A DNA stretch of 64,000 nt from an uncultured Acidobacteriota bacterium (GTDB lineage Bacteria > Acidobacteriota > JAQAZP01): contig CAWIIB010000009.1 in assembly GCA_963836075.1 (NCBI GenBank), positions 1,344,001 to 1,408,000 of the forward strand. Reading direction: 5' to 3'. Shown piece by piece: positions 1-11,600 of this stretch. Within the stretch, counting starts at the first letter, position 1. Every line of letters starts with the position of its first letter. A program made the position numbers and the translations under genes. Under the pieces are notes generated by a model. That model had not been told where the DNA came from and did not search any database. It saw only the letters and a program-made list of their open reading frames with translations.

Positions 1-744
1 CTGTTCGGCGCCTACCCGGTGGACAAGTTCCGCCGCTTCGAAGGTTCGGTGGGCTACATGTTCCGCGACCACTGGACGCCGTACGTGGAGGACAACGTGA
101 TCGTCGATTACGTGCCGGTGGACGACGACCTGCCCTTCGTGGGGCTCTCGTTTATCGGTGATACGGCCCGCTACTCCAGCTTCGGGCCGATCCATGGCCG
201 GAAATACACCATGAGCGTCCAGTACGCCCCCGAGATCAGCGGGCGCACCTCCGGTTTCACCGATGTCCAGGTCGAGTTCCGCAACTATTTCCAGCTGACC
301 AAGCGTTCGCTGATCGCTCACCGGCTCTTCGCCTTCGGCAGCTTCAGCGACGTGCCCAACTTCCGCACCTTTGGTGGGATGAACACCCTGCGCACCTGGG
401 ATTTCCGCACCTTCATCGGCAGCCGCACCGCCTTCTCCAACCTCGAGTTCCGCTTCCCGCTGGTGGACCGTGTGGTCTTCCCCTTCGGTATGCAGCTCCG
501 CGAGATCCGCGGTCTGCTCTTCTGGGACATCGGCACCGCCTGGTGGGAAGATGCAGGTTACGAGTTCACCTATGAGGACGAAGAAGGCAAGACGCGCTTC
601 CAGGACGTCTACTCGTCCCTGGGCTGGGGCTTCCACCTCTTCTTCGGCCCCTTCCAGTTGCACTGGGACTTCGGCAAACGCTGGGACCTGGTGGACTTCA
701 GCAGCGGGTTCATCACACAGTTCTGGATCGGCTACGAATTTTAG
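1..744 (+). CDS. Omp85/BamA-TamA family outer-membrane beta-barrel, C-terminal part (5' end outside window)
   Basis: Frame open from base 1; amphipathic beta-strands, Omp85-like L6 segment (GGMNTLRTWDF...NLEFRFPL), C-terminal IGYEF with terminal Phe. Confidence 0.8.
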   Translation: MFGAYPVDKFRRFEGSVGYMFRDHWTPYVEDNVIVDYVPVDDDLPFVGLSFIGDTARYSSFGPIHGRKYTMSVQYAPEISGRTSGFTDVQVEFRNYFQLTKRSLIAHRLFAFGSFSDVPNFRTFGGMNTLRTWDFRTFIGSRTAFSNLEFRFPLVDRVVFPFGMQLREIRGLLFWDIGTAWWEDAGYEFTYEDEEGKTRFQDVYSSLGWGFHLFFGPFQLHWDFGKRWDLVDFSSGFITQFWIGYEF

Positions 745-1661
745 TTACTCTTCCGAGATGGGGAAGCGGGTGAGGGCCAGGGTGCTGCCGGCCAGGCCGA
801 GCAGGAGGCCGGTGAGGATCAGGCAGACGGTCATGGAGAGGGAGAGGAAATCCACGGCCAGGAAGCCGAGGAGCACCGCCGAGGTTTCCTCGAGGTAGTG
901 CAGGAACCACTGCCAGACCACCGAGAGCAGGGCCAGGGAGCAGAGTGACCCCAGCAGGCCCAGCACCATCCCCTCGAAGAGGTGCGGCCCCTTGATAAAG
1001 GCCGGGGTGGCGCCGACGATGCGCATGATCTCGATCTCGTCCCGCCGGCCCATCAGGGCCAGACGGATCACCGCCGCGGTGGTCAGGGCCGCGGCCAGCG
1101 AGATGATCGCGCCGAAGAGGCTGCCCACCAGCCGGACCACCGCGGCCATGGCCGATACCCGCTCCAGCCAGCGGGTGTCCAGTTGCAGCTCGTCCACCGC
1201 CGGGCTGGTGGCCCACTGTTCGGCGTAGTCCTCCAGCTGTTCCATGTCCTCCGGGCCGGTGTCCCCCTTGAGGCGAACCTCCAGGGAGGCGGGAAGCGGG
1301 TTCCGTTCGAGGTCGGCTTCGACGCCGCGCAGGCCGGGGAAATACTCCCGGAACCGCTGGCCGGCCTCCTCCTTGCTGATGTAGACCACCCCTTCCACCA
1401 GCGTGCACTGGTTGATCTCCTTCTTCAGCGCGGCCACGTCGCCGTCCAGGGCCTGGTCGGTGAGGAAGATGGTCACTTCAAGGCTCTCGCCCCAGCCGGC
1501 CACCGCTTTCTGGATATTGGCCGCGGCGAGGAGGAAGGCCCCGAGGACGAAGAGGGCCGAGGCGATGATCGCCACCGCCAGCAGGTTGATCCCCTTGCTG
1601 CGCCAGAGGCCGTAGGCGGCTTCCTCGACAAAGTACTTCAGTGCGGCCAGGTAGCGTGACA

Positions 1662-1662
<1 letters not shown>
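745..1662 (-). CDS. ftsX: Cell division permease FtsX
   Basis: Four TM segments, NPLPASLEV and RRDEIEIMRIVGAT motifs, coupled to ftsE. Confidence 0.93.
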
Positions 1663-2386
<724 letters not shown>

Positions 2387-2390
<4 letters not shown>

Positions 2391-4816
2391 CAGCCGCGAG
2401 CCTCCTCTTCCTCCTCCCACTCTTCCAGGCGCCGGCGGTTCCGGCGCCGCTTGCGCAGGTAGCCCAGCACGAAGAGCAGGGTCACCAGCAGCCAGAGCGT
2501 GCCCCCGCTGGTCACCATGGGGATGTAGCGGTAGCGCCAGGTGAGCCCGCGCCGCCAGTCGGCCTCCACGCTGTGCAGCGGGCGGCCGGTGACCTCGCGA
2601 AAGGCTTCATTGAAGGCCGTCCCCGAGCCCACCCGCCTGAGTATACTCCCCGGCGCGCCGCTGCCGTATTCCTTTCGCAGGTGGGTCAGGAACAGGTAAC
2701 TCTGGGCGTAGGCCACGCTGGCCGACCACCGCCCGTCAGGGAAGCCGCGGGTCAGCTCGCCCAGGGGGAGCGGCTTGCGGGTGATCAGGTGTTTGGAGAT
2801 GTTCACCACGTCGCCCAGGCCCCAGGCCCGGGTGTGGATCATGGCCAGGCCCTCGTTGAACCAGCGGGGCACCAGGGCGGCGTAGGGGCCGGCGGCGTCC
2901 TGCACCAGGATGTGCACCAGCTCGTGGCGGAAGGTGCTCAGCACGTCCTGATGCACCGTGCCCCGCATAAAGGCGGTTTTCAGCACGATGATCCTGCGGC
3001 CGGCCACGGCATAGCCCACCGACCATTCCGGAGTGGGCGGCAGGGAAAAGGTCAGCTGGGCCACGTCCCTGTCGGTGGTCAGGATCATCACCCGCACCGG
3101 GCCCCGGGGAATGATGCCCATGTCGCCGGAGATCTCGGCCAGGATCGGTTCGGCCTGGCCGGTCAGCACCTCCAGCGCCCCCCTGTAGCGTGCGGGGGCG
3201 TAGAGGTGGAAGTGCGGAGTGGTGCGGGCGATGAAGTAGCCCGGGGTGCGGCCCAGCTGTTCGGGACGTGCCTGACGGGTCTGGGCCGCCGCCGGCTGGA
3301 GCAACCCGAAGAGCAGGGCGAGGCAGAGGATCAGCATGGCCAGCGGGCCGGGCAGGCCCGGTTTCCCGCCGGATGCGTTGTCGCCCAGCTTACGGCGCAG
3401 GACCTCCGACACCTGCTGCGGGTCGGCCGTGCCGCCGGTGGCCTTCATCACTTCTCCGATGAGGAAGGTCAACACCGCGCTTTTGCCCCTGCGGAACTGT
3501 TCCACCGATTTCGGGTTCTGATCCATAACCCGGTCGGCGGCACGCTCCACATCGGCTTTGTTGGCCAGTCCGGTCTTGCCCAGCCGCTGGGCCGCCTCGC
3601 CCGCGGTGTCGCCGGTGCGGAACATCTCGCTGAACACGTCCTTTGACGCCGGGCCGCTCAACTGACCTGCCTGCACCATGTTCACCAGGCCGCCGAGGTG
3701 CCGGGGCGGCAGCGGGCAGTCCTCCACCGGGATCGTGCTGCTGCTTAGAGCGTGGAGCAGCTCGCCGGTGATCCGGTGAGCCAGGTCCACGGGATTGGAA
3801 CAGGATGCAGCCGCCGTCTCGAAATAGTCGGCCAGGGCCTGCTCACTGCAGAGCAGGACAGCGGTTTCCCGGGCCAGGCCGAACTGGTCCACCAGCCGTT
3901 CCCGCCGCGCCGCGGGAAGCTCGGGCAGCCGGCCGCGCAGCCGGGCCAGCGACGCCTCGCTCACCAGGGCGGGGGGCAGGTCCGGTTCGGGGAAATAGCG
4001 GTAATCGGGGGCGTCAGACTTGGGGCGCATCAGGATGGTGCGTCCGGTCTCCTCGTCCCAGCTGCGGGTCTCGTCCTGCACCTCGCCGCCTGCATCCAGC
4101 AGCTGGGATTGCCGCCGGATCTCCTCGACGATGGCCAGGCGCACTGCCCGGAAGGAGTTGAGGTTTTTCAGCTCGGTGCGGGCCCGCAGCTCGCTGCTGC
4201 CGGCCGGGCGGAGCGACACATTGACGTCGCAGCGCAGGCTCCCCTCCTCCATCCGGCCGCTGCAGATCCCCAGATACTCGAGGATGGTTTTCAGCTCTTC
4301 CAGGTAGCGCACCGTCTCGCCGGGACTGCGCAGGTCGGGCCGGGAGACGATTTCGATCAGCGGGATGCCGGCGCGGTTGAAGTCGAGCAGTGTACGGCCC
4401 TCGACCTCCTCGTGGAGCAGCTTGCCCGCGTCCTCCTCGAGGTGGATCCGCTCGATGCCGATCCGGCGGCGGCCGTGGTCGTCACCCTCCATATCGAGGT
4501 GGCCGTCCACGGCCAGCGGTTCATTGTGCTGGGTGATCTGGTAGCCCTTGGGCAGGTCGGGGTAGAAGTAGTGCTTGCGGGCAAAGCGGGACGAACCGTT
4601 GATCCGGCAGTCACAGGCCAGGCCCATGGAGGCCGCCATTTCCAGCGCCCGGCCGTTGAGCAGTGGCAGGGTGCCGGGGTGGCCAGTGCAGACCGGGCAG
4701 GTGTTGCTGTTCGGCGGGTCGCCAAACGCTGTGGAACAGGAGCAGAACAGCTTGCTGCGGGTCAACAGCTGGGCATGGACTTCCACGCCGATGACCGCTT
4801 CCATGGTCTCCTTCAT
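2387..4816 (-). CDS. gatB: Asp/Glu-tRNA amidotransferase subunit B fused in frame to a membrane-anchored peptidase MA-like (HExxH) domain
   Basis: IGVEVHAQL, CPVCTGHPG, HYFYPDLPKGYQI, HLEEDAGK, DYRYFPEPDL and Yqey-like tail over ~475 aa; then hydrophobic segment, HELVH...PRWFNEGLA and C-terminal TM with basic tail. Confidence 0.88.
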
Positions 4817-4906
4817 CAGGGTCTGCTCCGAGCCGGAATCATTGGAATGAAGCGATTATAACACAGGGGGGTGAGGGGGGATCGTGGGGAGAGAGGGGAT
4901 TCGTCC

Positions 4907-4970
4907 GTCATCGCGAGCGTAGCGAAGCGATCTCCAGTTCGCTAAGGCGAACGTAGAGATTGCTTCGTCA
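4907..4970. repeat. Intergenic palindromic (REP/RPE-like) element
   Basis: CGAAGCGATCTC (4923-4934) pairs with GAGATTGCTTCG (4956-4967), enclosing GTTCGC-TAAG-GCGAAC; begins GTCATCGCGAGCGTAGCGAAGC. Confidence 0.6.
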
Positions 4971-5001
4971 CCGTCGGGGCTCACCATGAACAGACTCCCG
5001 C

Positions 5002-5688
5002 TCAGGCCTTTTTGAAGTAAAAGTCGATCCTGGCCCGGCCCAGCTCGATGGTGTCGAAGTTCTTGAGCATCACCCGGTCGCCGACCTTGCGGCCATTGAC
5101 CCGCGGACGGGCCAGGCCCTTGATCCGCCGCAGCTGGAAGCCGCGGTCCTGGCGGTTGATGGTGGCGGCGAAGCGCCCGACAAAGAGCCCCCGGATCTGC
5201 ACGTCGTTGGCCTTGTCACTGCCCAGGCGGGTGATCCACTTGGTCAGCTCCATATCGCCGTTGCCGCCCTTGACGAAGGTGAGCATGGCCGTCTTCTCCT
5301 CGGGCATGTTGCTCTCCAGCATCTCGCGGAAGCTGCTGGTGTCCAGGACCATGGTCTGGTCGATGGCCGCGCCGTTGTCCGGTTGGGGCGCCTCCTCTTC
5401 GCTGAGGCCGAAGATCAGCTGGTGCTTGCCCACGGTGATCACGTCACCGTCGGTGAGCCAGTGGCTGGAGACCATTTTGCCGCCCACCATGGTGCCGTTC
5501 TTGCTGTTCAGGTCGGTGAGCAGGTAGCCCTGCTCCACCTTGTCGATCCGGGCGTGGACCGACGAGACGGCAATGTTGTCCACCACGAAATCGTTGCTGT
5601 CGCGGCGGCCGATGGTCCAGGACTGCGACCCGAACAGCGGGTGCTCGCCCTGCGGCACATTCTTGAAACTGACGTTGAGAGTCGGCAT
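5002..5688 (-). CDS. Double FHA-domain protein
   Basis: First FHA has GR, SxxH (SSVH) and SKNGT; second is degenerate; ATG at 5688 with purine-rich RBS. Confidence 0.88.
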   Translation of the reverse strand: MPTLNVSFKNVPQGEHPLFGSQSWTIGRRDSNDFVVDNIAVSSVHARIDKVEQGYLLTDLNSKNGTMVGGKMVSSHWLTDGDVITVGKHQLIFGLSEEEAPQPDNGAAIDQTMVLDTSSFREMLESNMPEEKTAMLTFVKGGNGDMELTKWITRLGSDKANDVQIRGLFVGRFAATINRQDRGFQLRRIKGLARPRVNGRKVGDRVMLKNFDTIELGRARIDFYFKKA

Positions 5689-5902
5689 CTTCCTTACTCC
5701 TTCTCCTTCGGTGCCGCGAGGGGGATGGCACAATCCACCTCCGGAACCGCCGGCGGCCGTATACACCATGTCGGCAGAACCGGTCATTATCTTGAGTGTG
5801 CGGAAACTGTTCATTGAATCCGGTGAAACGACCGATAAGTGAGGTGATGAAGGGGTTCATCAAGCGGTTCAGGGGACCGCAGGCCGCGAGCAGTACAGTG
5901 GT

Positions 5903-7720
5903 ATGGCTGAAATCGACGAGCGGTATGAGATTCTCGACGAGCTTGGACGCGGGGCCCGCGGCGTTGTTTACAAGGCGCGGGACAAGCGGATCGGCCGCCT
6001 GGTGGCGCTGAAGGCGATCCGCCCCGAGCCCGGGTTGAGCCCCGACGAGGAACAGGAGTTCTTCCAGCGCTTCCACCGCGAAGCGCTCACCGCCGGCAAC
6101 CTGACCCACCCCAATATCGTCACCATCTACGACATTTACGAAGATGCGGCCACCCGCACCTCGTATATCTCCATGGAATATATCCGCGGCCAGTCGCTGC
6201 AGCAGATGATCGACGACGGGCGGGTGTTCAACATCGAGGAAGCGATGAAGATCGCCATCCAGGTGGCGGCGGGCCTCGATTTCGCACACCGGCGCGGGGT
6301 GATTCACCGGGACATCAAGCCGGCGAACCTGATCTTCGATACCGAAGAGCGCCTGATCATCACCGACTTCAGCGTGGCCCGCATCGACACCTCCGAACTG
6401 ACCAGGGACGGCCAGTTCATGGGCACCCCCAGCTTCATCGCCCCGGAGCAGATCACCGGCGGCCAGGTGGGGCCCCGTTCGGATCTCTTTTCCCTGGCGG
6501 TGGTGTTGTACCAGCTGTTGACCAACGAACGCCCCTTCATCGGTGACAACATGTCCACCGTGCTGTACAAGATCGTGCACCGCGACCCGCCGCCGCCCTC
6601 GCTGCTCAACACAGCGGTGAGCCAGGATATCGACGCGGTGGTGGCCATGGGCCTGGACAAGAACCCCGATAAAAGATACCAGGAGGCCTCGTGGTTCAAG
6701 GAGGACCTGGTGTCGCTGATCCGTGGGCAGAGACCGCACCACGCCGTGAGTGGAAATATAGACGAACCGTCGTTGGCCACGGTGGCGCTGGCGCTGCCCC
6801 CGGCGACGGACGGGGGATTGACCCGGACAGCCCAAAGCCTGGCCAGGATGGCCACCGCTTGCCGGCGGGTAGTTCACCTCCTGTTCCGGGTGGACCTGCT
6901 GGCCCGGCTGCCCAACTGGGTCAGAAGCCTGGAACACCGGGCCCGCTGGGCCATGATCTCCGCCTTCTGCGTGATTCTGGCCACGGCGATCTTTTCCTGG
7001 ACCTGGTTCGGCAGTGCCGGCGCCGGAACGCCGGTCTCCCTGCTGCCGGACAATCCGCTGATCGAAACCATACGCCGGCCGTCGGATGTCTGGTTCGACC
7101 AGTCGCGTTACCAGGACGGAGGGCCGGGGGGCATCGCCTTCGCCTCGATGCAGGAGCAGTGGCAGGAGTTCGTGGTCCGGCCGGCGGAAGCTGAGGAACG
7201 GGCCCGAGCGGCCGAACGGGCGGCCCGGGCCGCCGAGCGCCAGCGGGCCGCGGAGGAGGCCGAGGCCCGGCAGCGGGAAGAGGCTGAGGCGCTGGCAGAA
7301 CTGGCGAAGCCGCGAGTTGTGCCACCGGCCCCGCCGGTGACCAGAACTGTGGCCATTCCCCTGCCGCCGCCGGGCACCCTGGACCTGGTGCTGCACCACT
7401 CCTTCCCCCAGGGCACGCTCACGGTTCGTGCCGGAGGCAAGGTGCTCTTCTCCTCGCAGATCAACAGTGATGCCGAGGGGGAGGCCGGGAGCAGGAAGCC
7501 GATGCAGGGCCTCAAGCGCCGCTTCAAGCAGGAGGTTGCCACCTTCAGCGGTATCCCCGTGCCCTCGGGGCACAACCAGCTGGAGGTGCAGCTGGAGGTG
7601 CCGGGCAAGGATGTGCTGCCGGTGGAACTGGGCGCGGCCTTCCAGCCGGACGAGAAGCGGAGGCTGCACGTCACCTACGGCCGGATCAAGGGCAAGAAGG
7701 TCACCACCCGCTGGGACTAG
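5903..7720 (+). CDS. Hanks-type Ser/Thr protein kinase, membrane-spanning, with C-terminal beta-rich (PEGA-like) region
   Basis: LGRGARGVVY, VALK, HRDIKPAN, GTPSFIAPE, SDLFSL; TM near residue 350; Ala/Glu/Arg coiled coil. Confidence 0.92.
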   Translation: MAEIDERYEILDELGRGARGVVYKARDKRIGRLVALKAIRPEPGLSPDEEQEFFQRFHREALTAGNLTHPNIVTIYDIYEDAATRTSYISMEYIRGQSLQQMIDDGRVFNIEEAMKIAIQVAAGLDFAHRRGVIHRDIKPANLIFDTEERLIITDFSVARIDTSELTRDGQFMGTPSFIAPEQITGGQVGPRSDLFSLAVVLYQLLTNERPFIGDNMSTVLYKIVHRDPPPPSLLNTAVSQDIDAVVAMGLDKNPDKRYQEASWFKEDLVSLIRGQRPHHAVSGNIDEPSLATVALALPPATDGGLTRTAQSLARMATACRRVVHLLFRVDLLARLPNWVRSLEHRARWAMISAFCVILATAIFSWTWFGSAGAGTPVSLLPDNPLIETIRRPSDVWFDQSRYQDGGPGGIAFASMQEQWQEFVVRPAEAEERARAAERAARAAERQRAAEEAEARQREEAEALAELAKPRVVPPAPPVTRTVAIPLPPPGTLDLVLHHSFPQGTLTVRAGGKVLFSSQINSDAEGEAGSRKPMQGLKRRFKQEVATFSGIPVPSGHNQLEVQLEVPGKDVLPVELGAAFQPDEKRRLHVTYGRIKGKKVTTRWD

Positions 7721-7730
7721 GGCTCCGGGA

Positions 7731-8081
7731 TCACTTCCTGCCGGATGAACTCAGCGCCGCATCCACCTGCTCCCGCTCGCGGTCCAGCCGCTCCCCGATG
7801 GAATTGCAGACGCTCTCGCAGATGGTAAAGACCTTGGGGTCGGTGATGCCGTAGAAGGCGTTGAGGCCTTCGCGGCGGCAGTCCACCAGGCCGGCGCGGC
7901 GGAGCACCGCCAGGTGCCGCGACACGTTGGCCTGGCTGCCGCCCACCGCCTCGATGATCGAGGTGACGCTCAGTTCTCCCCCGTGCAGGCTGTGCAGGAT
8001 ACGCAGCCGCATCGGGTCGGCCATCGCCTTGAGCACCTCGCTCACCTGGAGGATGACGTCCTCTGTCATTCTATTGCTCAT
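7731..8081 (-). CDS. ArsR/SmtB family transcriptional regulator
   Basis: LKAMADPMRLRIL, SQANVSRHLAVLRRAGLV. Confidence 0.92.
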   Translation of the reverse strand: MSNRMTEDVILQVSEVLKAMADPMRLRILHSLHGGELSVTSIIEAVGGSQANVSRHLAVLRRAGLVDCRREGLNAFYGITDPKVFTICESVCNSIGERLDREREQVDAALSSSGRK

Positions 8082-8115
8082 CGGTACTACTTTCGTGAAC
8101 CGGTCTCCTGCAGAC

Positions 8116-8400
8116 TCAGAGCATCTGGTCGGCGTGCCAGACGATCATGTGCATGTGCTGGGCGCAGCTCTGGCAGAACTCCTTGATGTTCCCGGCCAGC
8201 TTGTCCGCTTCGTCGTCGCCGAGCACGGTGAAAATCACGCTGGAGGTTTTGGGGAAGGCCCGCGAGCCCATGCGAGTGCCGGTGGCCCCGGTGCCGAAGA
8301 CCTGGGGGATCTCAGTGTAACCCACGATATCGTGGTTGTTCAGCAGCACTTCCAGCTGCTCCTTGTACCCCGACTCCACGATCATCATCAGCATCTTCAT
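8116..8400 (-). CDS. PII-like small protein associated with RND transporter
   Basis: 94 aa, GYTEIPQVFGTG...GSRAFP PII-like pattern; inside the efflux operon. Confidence 0.7.
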   Translation of the reverse strand: MKMLMMIVESGYKEQLEVLLNNHDIVGYTEIPQVFGTGATGTRMGSRAFPKTSSVIFTVLGDDEADKLAGNIKEFCQSCAQHMHMIVWHADQML

Positions 8401-8412
8401 CGGCGCTTCTCC

Positions 8413-8604
8413 TCAGTCCTCGCGCAGGCCGAGCTTGCGGAAGATGGTCATCGCCGGGCACCAGTTGGTGAACGCCGATTGCAGCAGGTTCAAGCCCACG
8501 AAGGCGGTGAACAGATACCAGAGCGGGTTGACCCAGTGGCCCAGTGCGAGGGACAGCAGGACGACGGTTCCGGCCATTGCTCTCAGTGCTTTGTTAACGG
8601 TCAT
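8413..8604 (-). CDS. DUF2892 (YgaP-like) small membrane protein
   Basis: Two TMs, FVGLNLLQSAFTNWCP motif. Confidence 0.85.
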   Translation of the reverse strand: MTVNKALRAMAGTVVLLSLALGHWVNPLWYLFTAFVGLNLLQSAFTNWCPAMTIFRKLGLRED

Positions 8605-8634
8605 GGCTATCTCCTTGTTGGTGTGGTTCTCCGT

Positions 8635-11600
8635 TCAGCTTTCCTGTTCGTTGCCGATGTTTACCACGTTCTCCGGTCCGGCGGCTTTGAGGAACATGTA
8701 GTAGAGCACCGGGATCACCCCCAGGGTGAGGAAGGTGGAGACGGTGATGCCCGAGATCAGCGCCAGGGCAAGCCCCTGGAAGATCGGGTCGGCGAGCATG
8801 AACACCCCGCCGACGATGGTCGACGCCTGGGTCAGCACGATGGGCAGCAGGCGCACCGCGCCGGCCTTGATCACTGCGTCGTTCAGCGGCTCTCCGGCCT
8901 GCAGTTCGAGATTGATGAAGTCCACCAGCAGGATCGAGTTGCGGACGATGATCCCGGCCAGGGCGATGAAGCCGATCATCGAGGTGGCGGTGAAGAAGAT
9001 GCCGAACATGCCGTGGGCCGGCAGGATCCCCACCAGGGTCAGCGGGATGGGCACCATGATGATCATCGGGGTGATGAAGGACTTGAACCAGCCCACCATC
9101 AGCACGTAGATCAGCACCATCACCACGGCAAAGGCGATGCCCATGTCGCGGAACACCTCGAAGGTGATGTGCCACTCGCCGTCCCACTTCATGATGTAGC
9201 GGGTGGTGTCCTCGGGCAGGGTGGTGGCGATCACCTCCAGCGGCTCGCCGTCCGGGGTGGTGATCTCAGCGATGCGGTCCTCCATGTCGAGGATGGCATA
9301 GACCGGGGCCTCCAGGGCGCCGGCCACCTCGCCGTAGACGTAGGTCACCGGCTGGAGGTTCTTGTGGTAGCGGCTCGGCTCGCGGGTGCTTTCCACCACC
9401 CGGGTCAGCTCGGCCAGCGGCACCATGCCCCCCTGGCCGTTGTGCACCGTCAGCCGGAGCAGCTCGTCGATGTGCGAGCGCTGGGCCCGGTCCAGGCGCA
9501 GCAGGATCGGCACGTCGGTGCGCGCCGCCGGCTGGTGGGACAGGCCGGCCTCGCCGCCGCTGAGGGCCAGGCGCAGGGTGCGTACCACCTGCTCGGGGGT
9601 CACCCCGGCGCGGATCGCCTTTTCGCGGTCCACCACGATCTCGGCGCGCGGGGCGGCGTGTTCCACTTCCCAGTCCACGTCCACCACGCCGTCCGTCTCT
9701 TCCAGCACCTGTTTCACCCGGCCGGCCACGTCGAGGCGGCCCTCCATGGTCGGCCCGTAGATCTCGGCCACCAGGGTGGAGAAGACCGGCGGGCCGGGCG
9801 GGATCTCGGCCACCTTGACCAGCACCCCCAGCCGCTGGGCGATGGGGGTGATCATCTCCCGCACCTTGCCCGCCAGCTGGTGGGACTGCAGGTCCCGTTT
9901 GTCGGCGTGGACGAAGTTGATCTGGATGTCGGCCATGTTGCTCTGGTCGCGCATGAAGTAGTGGCGCACCAGGCCATTGAAGTTGTACGGCGAGGAGGTG
10001 CCGCTGTAGACCTGGTAGTCGGTCACCTCGGGCATGGTGCGGAAGACCGCGGCGATCTCGCGGGCCGCGGCGTCGGTCTTCTCCAGGGTGTAGCCCTCGG
10101 GGGCGTCGATAATCACCTGCAGCTCGGACTTGTTGTCGTGGGGCAGCATCTTCACCGTGGTGAACTTGAAGTAGACCGTGCTCATGGAGCCGGCCAGCAG
10201 CAGGGCCACAAAGGCCAGGAAGGCGTAGCGGTAGGCGCTGGAGCGGATCATCGGCCGCATCAGCCTGGTGTAGGCCCGGGCGAGGAAGTTTTCCTTTGGC
10301 GGCCCGGAGGCGTCGGGGCCCTTGCTGACGATCTTCGCTTCGCTGGTGAACAGCCGCTTGGTCAGCCAGGGTGAGATGACAAAGGCGGCGCCGAGGGAGA
10401 TCATCATCGCCGCCGAGGCGTTGATCGGGATCGGCCGCATGTAGGGGCCCATCAGGCCGCGGACAAAGGCCAGCGGCAGCAGGGCGGAGATGATGGCGAA
10501 GGTGGCCAGGATGGTGGGGTTGCCCACCTCGTCCACTGCGTAGACCGTGGTCAGACGCCGGCCGGCCCAGCCGAGTTTCATGTGGCGGTGGACGTTTTCC
10601 ACCACCACGATTGCATCATCGACCAGTATTCCTATGGAAAAGATCAGGGCAAAGAGGGTCACCCGGTTGAGGGTGTAGCCGAAGAAGTAGGAGGCGGCCA
10701 GGGTCAGGGCCAGGGTCACCGGGATGACCACTGCCACCACCGCCGACTCGCGCCAGCTCATGGTGATCCAGATGAGGAAGATTACCGCAATGGTGGCTTC
10801 GAAGAGGTGCTTGAGCAGTTCGTCCGACTTCTCCTTGGCGGTGAAACCGTAGTCGCGGGTCTTGAGAATCTTTACGTTGGAGGGGATCACCTTCCCCTGC
10901 AGCCCTTCGATCCGCCGGTCCAGGTCGTTGACCATCTCGGTGGCATTGGTTCCCGGCTTCTTGGCCACGGCCAGGGTCACCGCCGGGTGGTCCAGGCCGT
11001 CGGGCAGCCCCTTGTCCGAACCGGCGGGGCCGGCGCCCAGCCAGACGTAGTCGGACGGTTCGTCGGGGCCGTCATGGATCTCGGCCACGTCCTTGAGGTA
11101 GACCGGGTTGGAGTTGTAAACCCCCACCACCACGTTGCCCACTTCGGCGGCGTCGGTGAGGAACTGCCCGGCGTCGACCTGGATCTCCTCGTTGAGCAGC
11201 GAAACGCTGCCCGCGGGAAGGCGCCAGTTGAAACCGCGCAGCGACTGGTAGGCCTGGAGCAGCGAGACGTTGAATGCGGTGAGCCGTTCGCGGTCCACGT
11301 CCACCCGGACGGTGGAGCGGCCGCCGCCGATGACCCAGGCCTGGCCCACCCGCGGGTGGCGGGAGAGCTCGACCTGCAGCTCGTCAGCCACCTTGCGCAG
11401 CTGGTGCGGAGTGGCGTCACCACTCCAGAAGGTGTAGGCGGCCACCGGTACGTCGTCAATGGTCCGTGGTTTGACCACCGGGGTCATGGCGCCGTCGGGC
11501 ATCCGGTCGGCGGCCGAGGCGATCTTGGCGTGGACCCGCACCGCCGCCTGGTCCGGGTCGGTGCCGACGAGGAAGCGGACGATGATCAGACCTCCGGAGG

